From assembly GCA_905178155.1 (NCBI GenBank), contig CAJINV010000007.1, forward strand, positions 1,248,627-1,312,626: a DNA stretch of 64,000 nt, in the 5' to 3' direction. Of the stretch, positions 37,345 to 51,710 are shown piece after piece; within the stretch, counting starts at the first letter, position 1, and each line of letters opens with the position of its first letter. The stretch comes from Amoebophrya sp. A120 (taxonomy: Eukaryota > Protista > Dinoflagellata). The notes under the pieces are model-generated. The model worked only from the letters and a program-made list of their open reading frames with translations. It was not told where the DNA came from and did no database searches. Made by a program: the position numbers and the translations under genes.

Positions 37345-39772
37345 ATGGGCGGTCGGGGCCGCTACGAGAGTAGGGCCAGCCGTGTAAGTCGCAGCGTGTT
37401 TGTGCTTCTGATCGCGGCTCGGCTTATCTCTCTAAACGACTTGTCTTTTTTTGGTACGACCTCGACGACCACTAGCCTTACGTTTAATACTTCTAGCGTG
37501 TTTAGAACAAATCTCTTGTTCGATGAGGTGTTAGAAATATTATCGCCGACCACGGGCAGCTACACGGAACAACAAGAGAGGCACGACCTCCTGCCGCACT
37601 TTTACGGGACGAGGAGTGAAAGTGACGACTTGGGGCAGCTTTTTACCTCCACGTTTACCACCGCCGCCGCCCGAGGGCAACATCTTCAAAGTGCTCACAC
37701 TCCGACTGCAATGAACCAACATAATGCAGCAAAAATTGCCACAAGACGTACCACCTCCGCCGGCACCACCAGAAGTTCTACATCTTCTTGGGCCACCTCC
37801 GGCGGGCCGTTCTGTCTGGCAGCGAGGCCACGACAGCACGACGAAATAAATGGCGAGGAGGAACTACGAGCTTTGGCAAGCAAAGCATCTACTTCGGGCC
37901 CTCGGCCGCAGAACGGGGACGTCGAGAGGACTACGCAGGATGGTATATTTAGAATGGGTCAAGAACTACAAGGTGATTCCTTAGCGCCGCCGCCCGCTGC
38001 GGCGGCACTGACGTCGAGCCAGAAGATGGATGTTTCGACGAGCAGTCTAGGAACGTCGGACAAGAACGTTCAACAGCAGATGCATTCAGTTGCTGAGAGG
38101 ACGGCGGACCAGTCGTGGGACCGAAGTCGTGGTGCGAAAATAACTTCCACCTTCGCGGACACCCTGTACGAGCAAAATTATGACAGGACAATGGTGGAAG
38201 ATAATTTATTTCACGGCGCCCACTTGCCTGGCCCCATGCCTGGCGTCGGAGGAGGATTCCCGAGCTTGCCTCCTTACTTGATGGACGACATGGTTGTTCC
38301 CGATGCTAAGCCGATGTACCTCTATGGTGCAGCTGCCGCGGGTCATAATGTCACAGTTATGCCACGAAGCAAAAATAATCTCCACCATTTTTCGCCAAAA
38401 TCACACGATGTTTTTTGTGATAGGAATTTTGTTGGCTTCTAATAAAATACTATGACTATGATCTCCGATTTTGTAGGTTCTAGGTTCCAAGCATGAATTT
38501 CTTCACGATTGGTAAGTACAAACATTTAGTCTTTGGGGTGATCGTGTGATTTTGTGTGTGTGATTTGTGATGCGAAAGCGGTATAGAAGCAGATGACGGG
38601 GCATCGTATACATAAGGACGATGAAATGATTTTCATTTTCCACTTCTAGCGCCCCTTTGCATGTTGTTCCTTTACCAAAAAAACAAACGCTTCCGCCATA
38701 AACCACCCGCTTTGACGAGGTTAGATTGCTTGCTTTGGATAACAAGTATGCCCTGCAAATGTGTCTGGGTCTCCTGGAAGAGTCCGAGTTTGTCATGCTA
38801 GGTTCGGGCGACACAAAAATATAGATATGTCATCAGTGTGAGTAACAGAATCAAATAAAGCCATCCACTTTTGCGCACCTAAGAATGTTGACATTTCTCT
38901 TCGAGGATAAGCAATGCGGACACGAAGCCTTGTCAATGAAAAACCATTCCAGACCTCCGGGGTGATGCGAAACCTGACAGATCTTGCAAGAACCTTCCAG
39001 AACACCAGACACAAATTTGCATTCGATAAAATTTGTGCATCAGCACGGAGTAGAAAAATTTATACCTGGCTACACCTCGTCCATGGCGGGTCCTGTTGCG
39101 GTTCCCACGTACCACCACCAGCCCGCCCAAGATTACTACACCGACAGCGGTACTATCACTATGTCGGACGTGCACTTGCAGCAAGCGCTAACCCCGAAGT
39201 ACCCCCTGGGTTTTATTCCGACGGTCGGCTCCAGTATGCCCGAGCCACCGACCCCGCCTCTGGTAGCAGCGCAAAATAAACGAGCAATGCTAGCAAAGGC
39301 CCACGACGATGGTGGCGCGAGCAGTCGTGCAGCTGGAAGTATGTTTGCAGGGGGACCACGAGCCGAAAGTATATCCGCTGACTTGGTGGAACAACAACAG
39401 GCCTCGTCTTTTGCGAGGGGAGCAGCTGGCCCCGCAGCTGCAGCAGATAATGCAAACACTGGTACTGGTGCCACTGGCTCTGGCAGCAGCTCAGACGTCG
39501 CTACGCCGGACCCACCCGCCGTGATTGCGGGCAGGAGTTTGAAAACGGTCCAGGAGCAGATTGCGGCGGCCGAGGAGCAAAAATCCAGCAGAGTTGCCAA
39601 GTCTAAGGGGGGAGTGCAGCAAACAACGAATTTATTGAAACCCGCGGAGGCAGCCGCGAGGCCCAGCGCGGGCGAGCTCGTGGGCCGCGCCGGTGCACGA
39701 CCCGGGCTCAAGCAGTTCGGTCCCCGGAGGTACTTAAGAAGTGAACAGAATTATTATACTGCATCATGTTGA
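37345..39772 (+). CDS. Hypothetical protein with N-terminal hydrophobic segment, multi-exon; 3' end uncertain
   Basis: ORFs 37324-38442 and 38984-39772 linked through a small exon (TRFDEVRLLALDNK) and TIR element 38747-39028. Confidence 0.5.
38747..39028. mobile_element. Introner, family A
   Basis: tatgccctgcaaatgtgtctgg...ccagacacaaatttgcattcgata; short DR (aag/aaa). Confidence 0.8.
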
Positions 39773-40513
39773 GTTTCTGTTTCTGTTTCTTCTCCTGCTG
39801 CAGTTGGTGCATTTTATTTTTTTCGTGTAGAAGTTTTATAATTATATCACATATTTGCGATGCAAAAATAAACACGCAAAAAAATCTCATATCCCAAACA
39901 GCGCGCTATGGGGCAGCCCAAGACAGATTTTTTTGTGTATATGTCCTGCCAGCTTTTTTCTCTGGGATAGGTTTTTCGACCAACGACTGTAGTGCTGGTT
40001 TTTCTACTTTTTGCCGATCCATGTGTCTTGCTCGGATACTTACAACTACTTAGAATTTTTTTACTTCAAATGAAAAATATGATCAGGTCTAGCAGCGATT
40101 CGCCTGATGCGAAAGAGGAGGTATGTATAGGGAAAAAATGGTTCGCGTGCTGCTTCAAGTTCCAGCCTATAGGAGACAGAAAAATGTCTTGTCAGTATGT
40201 GTCGTAATTGAGAAGCTTGTTCCGTCTCGTTTGTTTCCGCACTGCTTAGAAATCATTCAAAATCCAGCCTCCTGCATTTTTTTGTCGTAGAAATAAGTAA
40301 TGAACTTACTCTGCTTAGTTCCTGTGTCATTTCCGGAATCAACATCGCGTTGTGCTGCCGGCGAAACTGTGCTTTCCGGAATCAACATCGCGCTGGGAAA
40401 TAAACTAACTCAACAGTTCTAGACACATGACCGGTTCGACATCATGCCTGATATTTGATCATAGTATTTTTGCACCGCGCGGCTTTTTTTCCCTTCCATA
40501 ACTACCCCTGGAA

Positions 40514-43500
40514 TTGAAGCAAGAGGAGCGAAATTCCGACGAAGCTGCACAACTACACGGCGCGCTGCCACAGAAGCGTCATCACGAGGGACGGCCACCG
40601 CGGCCTTCTGAGCAGGGACGGCCACCGCGCCCTTCCGATCGGGAGCCGCAGGCAGAAAGTTTTCTGCGGCAGCAACCAGGCACTCTGCCCGGAGGAGGAC
40701 TACATGTGACAGAAGCCGAACGAGAGGTATATATTAAGCGCCTGGTTGTTCTTCATGAAAAAAGAAGTAGAGATAGTACAGATCTAGATCATGTTTTGTC
40801 GACCACAGCGCAGTTATATGGTTTTTATAACTTCCTTCATCTTCTGCACTCTCGTACAATAAAATAACAGCATTTGATGGGCATGAGCAAGCGGCAAGCG
40901 GTCTTGCTGGCTGGACAGCAAGCGCGTCGCGTCAAGGAGCGAGGGTTCGAGGCCCCCGACGGTGGTCGGCGGCAGAACCGGCGCTTGCCAACCATCGAGT
41001 CGGCCATGTATCGAATGCAAATACCGATCTGGGTCTGGAAACCACGAAACCTGTGATCATGCTGAATCGATGATGCTGCTATATGCAATACAGAGGATAT
41101 TTTAGCTTGGGGAAAATAATAAATGCGGCACACGCGGCAATACAGGGTTTGCACCTATGTCCAGACCCAGATCGTTACTTTCAATGCATACCATGAGTAT
41201 GTGCTCGATTTCTTCGGGCGGGAAAAGCATGGAGCGCAAGCGAACCTGCCTTGGAATCGAGCAGAATTACAAGAACCTAGTGCACCACCAGCACAAGCAA
41301 ACCATTCGGCAACACGGCTTTGCTGACCCCGCCGGCGAGCAGGTGCAGGTGGGTCCTCCACCTTTAGCGCCATGTGCAACAGCACCAACTGGGGCCATCG
41401 CTAGCGTCGGAGGAATGGCTCCGTCCTCGTCCTCTACCTCCCGGGCAGTTGCTCACCAGCAAGAACATCACCCCGATATGCATTGCAAATATTCCTGGAC
41501 GTCTGGAAGAATGGGAACTTGAACTTGTAAAGATTTTGCGTGTTGCGGTTCACACAATCTGTGTTGCCTGACTTGCAAAAGATGTCTACTTCTGGCCATG
41601 CTGGGAGGGCGGGATTTCTCATGGAGGATGGGTACTTATCACCAAGCGGCTGCAGAAGCTGTGAAGATGCTAGGACGTGCATAATATTTACAGACTTTTG
41701 TGTAGTTTGGAAAAATTGCATCACAATCTTCCAGACCCATATCGATATTTGCATTTGATACTCGAGCCTGTGGTCCAAAAGTTCCGAGCGGAGGCGGTGG
41801 CTCTGGAAGAGCTCCGGCGTGCGCTGCACGCAGATCCGGATCTCGCCCGGCACAACAGGACCTCCACCACGACTTCCCGTGCAGCTCGTGCGCAGTCAAT
41901 ACTAAACTCGAAGTCCGCCACCTGCTTCACGACCGGAAGCAGATCCTCCACGCAAGTGGAGGAGCAGCGGCCGCCCAAGAAGGCACTATTTGTAGAAGGC
42001 GCTTCAGGTGGTGGAAATAAAGTTGGAGTTCGTCACCTAGTGCCACCAGCTACTACTTCTTCCAATTTAGCTGCGCTACAAGAGGAGCACCCAGCTGCAA
42101 TGGACGATGTTGTTCACCACCACCGCCAGGAGGGGGCCTCTCCTTCAGCTGTACGAAAACCTCCTTCAGTTGTACCACAACAAGAACTTAGGACTTCTGC
42201 CTCGGCGCAGGCGGTGGGCGGTCGCGCCAAGAAGACCAGGGGCGAGCGCGAAACTATTCCACCGCAGAGCACTCCTACGAAAATAAACTACGATCAAGAG
42301 GACGACGACGAGCCGATGCTTGAAGCAGCAGCGAATGACAGTACTTCTAGAAGCCGGGGAGGCAGGAGTACTACCAGCAACGCTTCGATGTCCGTGCAAA
42401 GTGGCGGGAGTCATCGCTCGATGCTGAGCGAGCCCGCGCAAGAACGGAAGTCGCCCGAAGATGATCCACCTGAGGGAGCAGGTTTTGGCCCCGCGGCAGC
42501 GCAGCAGATCAAATCCCGTGCAGGACCAGCGGCGGCGGAAGGTCCCAGTTCGGTGGGAGCAGGAGGTCTTTTACCTGCAATTTTCAAAAATAAAGGCCGC
42601 ACTGACAGCAAGAAGAACTTCGTTCAAGGCAGCAGCACGACCCCTACCAATGGCAAAAATACATCTTCTTCTACAGGAGGATCACGACTAGAAGCAGGTG
42701 GACCACGACAGCCTGGTCTTGTTTTGTTTCCGCCGGTGGTAGAACAAGCTCTGAATGACCGCAATGGATTGCCACACTTTCAGACGCGATCAAAGCAGTT
42801 CGAGGTGGACCCAACTGTTTTTACACCATCATCTTCGTCCTCGACGACGCGCGGTGGACGCAAGAACAACAAGGCTCCAGTTTATTTTCCGCTCCCAGCC
42901 GTTTGCCCCCGCCCGCCGGTGGCGGAGCAGGAAGTAGACTCTTTCTTCAAACTTCGAAAGGCGGAGACGCCGTGGGATGGTGACGCGTGGTTTCTTGTGC
43001 GGGCGAAAGCGTTGGCCAACGCGGACTCCAACGCGGCCGAGCTGGCGGCCCAGCCGCTCCCTCCGCGCGCGCGGGAGCCCCGACGCCCCCAGCCCGGGGA
43101 GGACCCCGGGCCCCGGGAGACCCAGTGGCGGCAGTTCCGCGAGACGCTGGCCTGGCTCGCGGGACGCCCTGAGGCGTTGGCGACCGGGGCGCTCGAGTTG
43201 GACCGCGAGTTGCGGGCGCACGGCGTGTGGCCCCTGATCAAGCGCGAGCCGGCGGCGCTGGAGGAGCTGAAGACCTGGCACGACCGCGTGATTGTGTCGA
43301 TGCAGCGACGACATCTGGCCGAGCGGAAGAAACCCTTTTCGCTGACCAACCATCTGCAGAAGCTGCTGCGGGACATGGAGCAGAATTACGGCTTCGAGAA
43401 CATGACAAATGAAAAGATGCGAATGATCATGGAGAATTGGGGCATGATCGCCATTCTGGAGCGCGACAAGTTTGCGCAACGCGAGATGTTTGTGTGGAAC

Positions 43501-44950
43501 GAGCACCGCATCCAGACGGCGATCGCAAGGCAGCAGAAGTACTGTGTCCGCCCTACCTCCCACGGGCGCATGCGAGCGACCATTCAGAACGTCCGGGAAC
43601 GGGCGGCGTTGGCGAAGCCCCCGCGCGAGGAGGCTTTTGCGGCTGAGGCTGTTCTTGATAGTGGTTACACAACCGCGAATACGACAGCACATCTTCCTCA
43701 ATTTGCCGCTGCTAGTATCCTATTTAAAAACGTACCCACCCCATAGTTGTAATGCAAATCTGCATGCTGAAAATGTTTCTCATGCGGAGCCCCATGAGAA
43801 GCATTTTCTAATCGTGTTTTGCAATTTGTCATGCTCCAATCAGCATGGTATGCTAGATCTGTGATGCTGCTGAGCTAGCTCAAACAGCACTACACTACGA
43901 ATCCAAATTTGTCATGCAAAACAGCCAAAACTTGTGGATTTGTCTAGCCGATTCCCCATCTTGACTATGGTGTGGGGACGTTTTTACTCAGGATAGCTAG
44001 TATGAAGACTTCATCCACCTACTTTGACGACGAGGACCCAGAAACCAGAATGGACCCGGAGACAGAGAGGGCCTACTGGGACCTGCTCAGCTCGGGCCAC
44101 GCGGTCGAGATTTTGCAAGAGCCAGACGACCACCTGATTTGGCACGAACAGAGTCTCGAATGCGAGATGGTCCTGATGAAGCACGACCCCCGCACCGGGC
44201 AACAGTTCCCCTACCTGATGCAGGGTCAGAACCTGCGCGATGACTGCAAGTGCACTCCGCAGAAGATGACCGAACAGGAGAAGCGCGACAAGCGCCGGAT
44301 GGATCGAGAAAACTTCAACGGTATCCCATCGATGTCGAAACCCATAACTGCTTACCCACCTCCCCAGACTTGTCACGTAGACTTGCATGGTTTGCTAATT
44401 GCAGGAACTATAATTCTTGATGTCAGTCGCCTGCCCATGAAGAGAGTAGATGTAGTGTTTTGGCATTTTTGGTAAACATGCTGGAAACTACTGTAACTGT
44501 GTTGTAAAAATGCACCGGCTTTTCGACCGCTTAAAAATCCGCAGTAGTACAACAACTTGTATATTATGCGTGTGTCCCAAAACGAAGACCAAAAGTTTAG
44601 GATTTGTCTACGCAAAAAATTCCAAAGTACTGTAAGTATGGGGCGGTACTATCATGGGTAAGTACTATCGGTTTTGCCACATGATACAGTAGTGGATGCA
44701 GGAAGCCATGCAGCGCCAAGCCTTTTTGCAGGAGCGGGCCGAACGGACGGGCAGGACAACAGAACAGCAAAACCGGTTTTCGTCGCAGCAGGAGGACCAT
44801 GATATGCTAGGCGGGTATTATCCGAGTCGGAGGACGTGCGGTAGGAGTTTCTTGGCCAGAAGTAGTAGAAGTTGCGTCGACGAACGGGACCAAGAAGACC
44901 AGTGGATGCGTCCTCAAGAGTATGCAACAAGAGTACTACTGTCGATTTAG
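40514..44950 (+). CDS. Large hypothetical protein, multi-exon (4 TIR-introns, at least 1 GT-AG intron)
   Basis: In-frame joins ESAM|SMCS, HP|EPVVQKF, AAAS|MKTSS and ENFN-x-WMQEAM after removing TIR elements; ~2 kb central exon 41766-43715; start uncertain. Confidence 0.65.
41009..41190. mobile_element. Introner, family A
   Basis: tatcgaatgcaaataccgatctgggtctgga...tccagacccagatcgttactttcaatgcata; DR ccatg/ccatg. Confidence 0.9.
41477..41760. mobile_element. Introner, family A
   Basis: tatgcattgcaaatat...atatttgcatttgata; DR cccga/ctcga. Confidence 0.88.
43716..43995. mobile_element. Introner, family B
   Basis: tatcctatttaaaaacgtaccca...tggggacgtttttactcaggata; DR gctag/gctag. Confidence 0.92.
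44322..44686. mobile_element. Degenerate introner
   Basis: tatcccatcgatgtcgaaaccc...ggttttgccacatgata; DR decayed; +5 nt restores frame. Confidence 0.55.
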
Positions 44951-47900
44951 TGTATTAAGTCCGTGATGTGACTGAACACGCAAGACCAAGAGGGCAGCGT
45001 CTGTCATGCGGGTTCGATGCATTGTACTAGGGTCCATTCCACAAGCACACGTTCTTCACCTGCTATCTGCGCATAACAAGTTTTTGCATTTGCATCAGCT
45101 GTTATCATATGATCGGAAAACAAGTATTATGATACACTAACCCACTTTTTTTCTTGGATAAAGAGTTGGTGCCGCCGGTCGCGTAGCAGGCGACAATATG
45201 CTGGGTATATCTGACTCAGTATATCTCAGCGAGACCCCGTAAATAAAATTTTCGGGTAAAAAGAACTACACAGCACTGCGAGTCGTACGAAACAAGCGGA
45301 CAAAATCAAGTGAGATGTCCTCATCTCCAGAACATCTTCTGCGGACGAGATGAGGCGACGGCGCAATCCGAGCGCGCAATGCTAAAAGTAATCACAGAAA
45401 ATATCCAGCAAAAAAGTGTTACCGTTAGTTTTTTTTTTATGCCTCGCATTCTTGCAAAATGCAAGACAGTTTGCAATAGAAAGATTGCTGTCTTTTGGCT
45501 TATTTCTGGATCCCGCGAGACGGCACACTTTGCTAACGCTAACACCTTTTGGAGTGATGAGGCTACGAATGACGACCAAGAATTACATCACCTTCCCTAC
45601 ACCACCTTCCTTCCTGATCCCGACACACTCCCCTACACAACTTTCCTACGACTTGGGTTCCCTACACAACGACTAGGGCTACACTGTGTAGTCCCGGGCT
45701 AGTAATATGAGTATAAGACGAACTAGAACCCAACCTCAAACCACGGGTAAAGACGACCGCTACTAAGTGCAGGAGGGTTTTTCCCTGGTTGAAAATACTT
45801 CTATCCACTGCATTGACCACGACAAGAAAGTCCCTGGAAGGACCTAGCAGGGCGACGTCACGACTCGGTATGTCAAAAATAGTCACGATTCATCTTGTTT
45901 GTGCGGCTGCTGTAGTTCTTGCACTATCAAATAAAATACTAATACTGCCGATGTTGTATCTATTAGCCTGCGAGAAGATGATGTTCTTGATCAATGTTGA
46001 CAACTAAATATTTTTTGCAGGTACTACGGAGAAGCTTTCATCAACTTCATAACACGACCGCGGTGGATTTATTTTATACGCCTCACGGTTCTACTTGTTC
46101 GAGGAAACAAATCAATGGCTTCGTATCAAATTTGTCGCGTCCGCTAGAGCTTCGGAAAGGCGAAATTAAGACCGCACTCCAAGAACCTGCTAGAAATTCA
46201 TTTCTAAGTAGTAGTCCTTCTGGCTGTGTACTTTACTAGGCAGTAGAACTTCTACTGTTATTTGTATAAGTACGCAAATCAAGGTATCGCATGAAATAGC
46301 TGCTTCACTGTAAGTGTATCTATTATGCATGATTGTTCGATGCTTGTTCGCATCAGAAAGAACAAACTCTTGCAACCATGATTCCCATCGGAATATTAAA
46401 GCGTAACTGAAATCACGTGCAATGTTTCCTGTGCTTTATTTGGCATCACAAACACTTCTTTTCTGCCTCTGTGACCGTGTTGCAGACCCTGCGGGACGGT
46501 TACTTTTTTCCAAGTTGACAGTGAAGCAGTTTTTTCCTGCGATAAGAGGAACGACAGCTGCAGCGTAAAAACTGCTGGCAATGGCCGACAACAATTAGAT
46601 GCAATAGAAATCTGCTTGTTTCTATTGCATCCCGCTAGCGAAACAGAAATGAATTACGAAACACAAACATTGAAGAGAAGAAGTCTAATATTACAAGAAT
46701 TGATAGCAGCGGCAGCAGCATTTCCTCTTATCTTTTGCCCATACTGCCTCAACAGGACATTGATTTGTGTAGCAGTACTGTGCTGCGGACGCTTTTTGAT
46801 TTATGACTCTGTTGATGTCGCAGCTCTTGGTCCACTACGCCTTCCTCTGTACTTAGCCACTTCCTAATCCTAACCGTACGAAAAATCGAAACTGTGATTT
46901 TACTACTTCTAGACCGCGGCGCGCAGAAGTGTGGTCGCCATAACTATGCCACCTCGGCTTAGAGTCTGTGAAAAAGGGTCTTCCTCGCGGCTGCACCTGG
47001 TTCGATGCAATCTGCGATAAGAATATGATTATTTTCTAGGGAATTTTTTTTTCGCGATTGCGTACGTTATTTTTATTTAATGAGGTGGGGGCGCAAGGAT
47101 ATCACCCTCCGGCTCTTTCATGTCTATGAAGAAATTTTATGAGACAGCTTTTCAATTTGATCTTCGGTTTTCAGTAACGAGAATCGTTGATCGGATTGTA
47201 TAAGTGCTTCCTTGTTGTCCCGGAGGGTACTGTCTTCCAAAACTAAAACGATTTCTTCCCTCCTGTGAAGGCCGTCGCCTGAGGAGATCTCCCGGTCGTA
47301 ACGTGGGGAGAAGCAGGCCGCATGCTTATCAGGGCAAGCGGTTAGTGGATCTGGTTGAAAGAGTGGCCCCAGTGAATGAGGGCCGCCGCCTCTCATGATG
47401 TCACCTAGTAGACCATATATAAGCGCTGGCCTTGTTGTTCTACGGAGAGCTAGCAGCAAGCAACTCCGTGGCCCATGCGCTGCGTTGCTGCGCAGGTTCG
47501 CAACAAAAAGGCACGCCGCCGCTGTGCTGTTCGTTGCCTGCCACTCGGGTGCCGCGGCTGCGCCTCGCGCGTCCGCAGGACGCGACCGGGCAGCAAGCCG
47601 AGTGGCACCGCCGACGAGCGCAGCTGCGCTACCGTTAGGGGAGCGCAGCCACCCAGATGGCTGGCCACCCCACCCTCCCGGATGCCGCCCCTTATCCGAG
47701 CTCGGCCAAGCCCATACCGAGAATTATAGCGCCGACCGTTGATAGTGCGCGGCCACCCGGTTGGTCGGTACTATGAAGAGCGCGCCACGACAGGCGAGCC
47801 CTGTGGCACCACTGAAACGGCCACACAGCAACACACTGGCGGCGCACAACCGCCCACGAGTTGAGCGCCCCCAGACATGCAAATGCTTGCTGTGGCTACG

Positions 47901-50900
47901 CAGTGCAATTCCAAATCGGACGAAAATCAACGGCAGTCGTGGGGAGGTGTTGGTGTTCGCGAGGCACTACGTCCGACGCGCCTCCGAGCCGTGAGGGCAC
48001 TCGGAAGGGTAGGAGAGAGGGACCGAGAGTGCACCTGCTCCGGGTGCGGGAGATCCTGGCGAGACAGATCCCACAATGCACTGAGGCCCATCCGTCCCCT
48101 TGTACGTGCGATGTTTGTGCACAGTGGTCGGCATCACCTGTGGCTTCGATAATAATAATAAAACGATTTCTTCGGTTGAATTTTACCGCAACTGAAATTT
48201 TCTAAACGATAAGTTTCGAACTGTTCTCTTTTCTTTCCGATTTTTCAAATGATTTTCAATGAAGGTAATTTTATGCAACAGTGAAGATGACTTTACAGAT
48301 AGAGATATGTAGTTATCGGGTAGAGGGGTCCCGATCCCGAAGGAAGTCTCGGGGCGCCGCCCCTCGTTTGAGTCTGTCAAAAGATGGACCATTTTTTTTT
48401 CCGCAGCAGCAGCCGGGCCGTTGCCGGGGCGGTGGCTTGCACACTTGAATTTTTGCTACTTTGGCTATTGCCTAGGAACTTAGAAGCAAGTGTGCAGTTA
48501 TCATTTTATCATAGAAGCCCGCTGCTGCTGTGTGCTTTTTTCAAATTTTGCGAATGTGTTTCAACTCAACGCGACAACCCAAAAGATGTGCAGTATGTCA
48601 ATGCAGAAAAACAGGGGAGCGCGTTATACACAAAAAAACGATTGGAACTACTGCTACCTGTATACTGTGAGCTAATATGCTCTAACTTTGTAAAAATTAT
48701 AGTCATAATTTATTAATTGATGAACTAGAAGAACTCCAAAAATAAGAATAACTCGAGGATCGTAGTCGCGTTTTCTCGAGGAGGCGATCGTTTGAGGCAG
48801 AAGCGAGGCAGCGGTGCGGCTTCGTGTGTCCGATCGATCGCCTCGTACTACGGGAGATAACTTTATTTATTAGTGTGCCGCAGTGCAGCAAAAGCGAAAC
48901 CAAAAGAGCTTCGTTTCAGGTGGTTCCTTTTTCAAGCTTTCTGTATTCTACTTGTTGATAGTACACAAAAATATCATCTGAAAAAGTTGCATGCAAAGGG
49001 CTTCCGATCATACCATGAGAATGATTTTTACCTAGTTGTAGCTTTGTACTCCAATTGCAACATAAAGATTTTTACCGTTGTTTTCTACATCTTTCGCGCT
49101 GAGAGAATGAAGTACAATGGCTCACCAGAGAAAAAAAGTCCACCTCCATGGCGGGGTTTTACTATCGTGGTTAGTCTTACTAGTACTCAGATGCGCGACG
49201 CACCTACTAGATTGACAGAAGTACTAGTATTTTTCACGACCCCTGTGTAGAAGTGGTCAGGCCCCTGAGGCGAAGGAATGGTCGACACTTATCAAAATGA
49301 AAAACTCCCCCTCCCCGAACTGAGAGCAGTTTACGGCATGACTTGCGTGCACAAGTCATTTTGTATTGCATGAACGAGGCATGATCTTTGGTAAAAAAAC
49401 GAAAATCCTGTTAATCAATACAAAGTCGACACGGAGTTGCTTGGCCTGGCAGTCGCCTCTCCTGTAGCTTGAACAGCAAGAGAAAGCGCCTACTTATGTA
49501 GGTGCCGATGGAGGTGACAGAACGCCCTCGCTTTCCCTTCGCGCGATATCAGTAGTCTTGTGCACACACATCAGCATCACCATCATCAGGAGGAGGGGGA
49601 TTTTTCCCCGCGATAACGCCACACATAATTTTTGTGCAGGGGGAACAAGAAGATTTATTTTTCATTTCGCCAATCTACTAGGTGGCGTGCCACATCCAGT
49701 TGTAAAGCTTCAAATAAATGCGGCTACCACCTCCTGCTTCGGACTTTTATGATGTGAATCTCTTTCTTAACTTGTCGTTTTCTGAGCTAGGAAAGTAATC
49801 ACATTTTTTCAGGCAATGAAAAATTCACCAGAGTATACCTACGGAGAAAATAAATTAAATCAAGACGGGGAAAATAAATTTACCAGAGTATCGATGTGGT
49901 GGTGAGGTGCCAACATCTCATATATGAGAGTCTTATTAGGTGGTCTGTGTACCACTTCAGATATGAGAGTGCGCAACTCAGCTCCCCCTCATTTGTCGTG
50001 CAAAAATCCAAGTCCACCCGTCGCCTCTTGGCACTGCAGCATGATGGGTCCCGGACCGAAACAGCAAGAGGTTTGTGTTGCTATGGATATTACCATCCAA
50101 ATGAGGGGAAGGGGGACTTGTGCACTTTTATACCGGATTTGCTGACCGGGAGGCGAAGGTCAACGGGTTTACTTGCGAGATTTACTCTACTACCACCTGG
50201 TGAGGCACAAGTACAAACACCATCCGACACGATTGGGTTACATCGCACACGAGCAGCAACGTGGTTGCTTCGCCTAATTCTTCTATTAGCGCAGAATCGG
50301 GACTAACAACGGAGAGACGATGATTCGAGCACTTCGGTGCTCCACCTGCAAATACTTAAATTCCTTATCTTGACGGGAGTAGCGCCGGAAAAATGGCAGG
50401 AAAAGGATTTGTGCAAGGCTTCGAACTTAACAATAAGACGACAACAATCTGTAGCACGTAGAGGAAATAACAGGCAAGTGACCTACAGTTGCTAATGGGG
50501 GCCGCTGGAAAAATAACAAGGCGAGACGCGACCGACCCGAAGAAATACTTTCTTGTTCTTTCACAGCTAGCGAAATGTTTACAACGTAGCATCACCATCT
50601 GTAAAAACAAAGAGTGTTTATTTCTTTATTTTGGTTCTTCGATCCATCGGTAATTTGAATTTTTTGACATTACACAACACAACTCATACTAAACTATTGC
50701 AGCGAACAATTGCACACTGTAGACAGAGGCTACGTCTACGGCTGCGCCAATCTATTGCGTGCCCGTCACAAACCGACGCCTGCAGAATTTGCCTTTTTTT
50801 CCTGCTCTTGAAGTTAGTACTACGATGACATATACTATATGCAAAATTTTTTCCTAGCTGATTTTGGAAAGACTTTTTTGCGGAATTCGAATTTTGGAAA

Positions 50901-51710
50901 ACAGGAGGATAATCCGGGCGGCGAATTTTTCTCTGCGAAGATTCGTATTTTATAGGCTATCGTGTCGCGTAGATACTTAAACTTATGTAGGACGGCAACA
51001 AAAAATGAGTACAACTAAATGACACCATTCTGATGCAGCGACTCAGTTCTTGCGAGGTGCGGACGACCCCAAATAAAAAAGGAATGAACAATCAAAAAGA
51101 ATAAATCAAGGAGGACTTTTTTATTCTCAACATCCAGACTCGCTGCTTCCTTTACCCGGGGCCGCCGCGGCAAAAATAACGATTACACTAGCTTGCTCAA
51201 GAATAGAGTAGACCACGAGGTTAGGTAGAATTAGTTGGGGCGTCAATCTTGTGTTTGAGTAGCGCAGAAACAACGACTTGGAAAAATTTCGAGCCGTTTT
51301 GCCGGTTAGAGATGTTCACACAGCGGAAAAACGATGCTGAGTTTTTGCCTGGCAGCGCGATGGGCAGAGGATGTGTTCAATTGGATTCCGTACAGTTTCC
51401 TTCAGCATATGACCTGGCGCCCTGTTTTGTTTCACGCACGACCGGTCACAAGGTCATAGACCTCATTTTGAGTAGAAGTCTCGCGTACAACGCGAACACT
51501 GAAAACTGTAAACTATTCGTTTTTGGTTGTTTGTCTTTGTCACTCGCCTTGTTTTTCTTTGTCACTTTTTCATCGTGGAGAAAAAGAATCGTACCGACCT
51601 TTGCAATCGAATAACTTCTTCTGTTGCAAGCACTTGGTCGGCGCGCTGTCAAGCAGACCGGCTGCTTATGCGTGTGCTGTCCTCGAAAGAGATTGATTTC
51701 GATTTTCCAA

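Noticed and set aside
38323-38700. Possible introner tatggtgcagc...gcttccgccata
   Set aside because: Probably an intron, but the TIR is weak and the DR and junction could not be fixed; not listed as a feature.
42829-43701. Long minus-strand ORFs (also 21097-21969, 935-1570, 61989-62603)
   Set aside because: Antisense shadows of GC-rich + strand exons.
45590-45690. Short ccctacac repeats
   Set aside because: Degenerate low-copy simple repeat with no supportable function.
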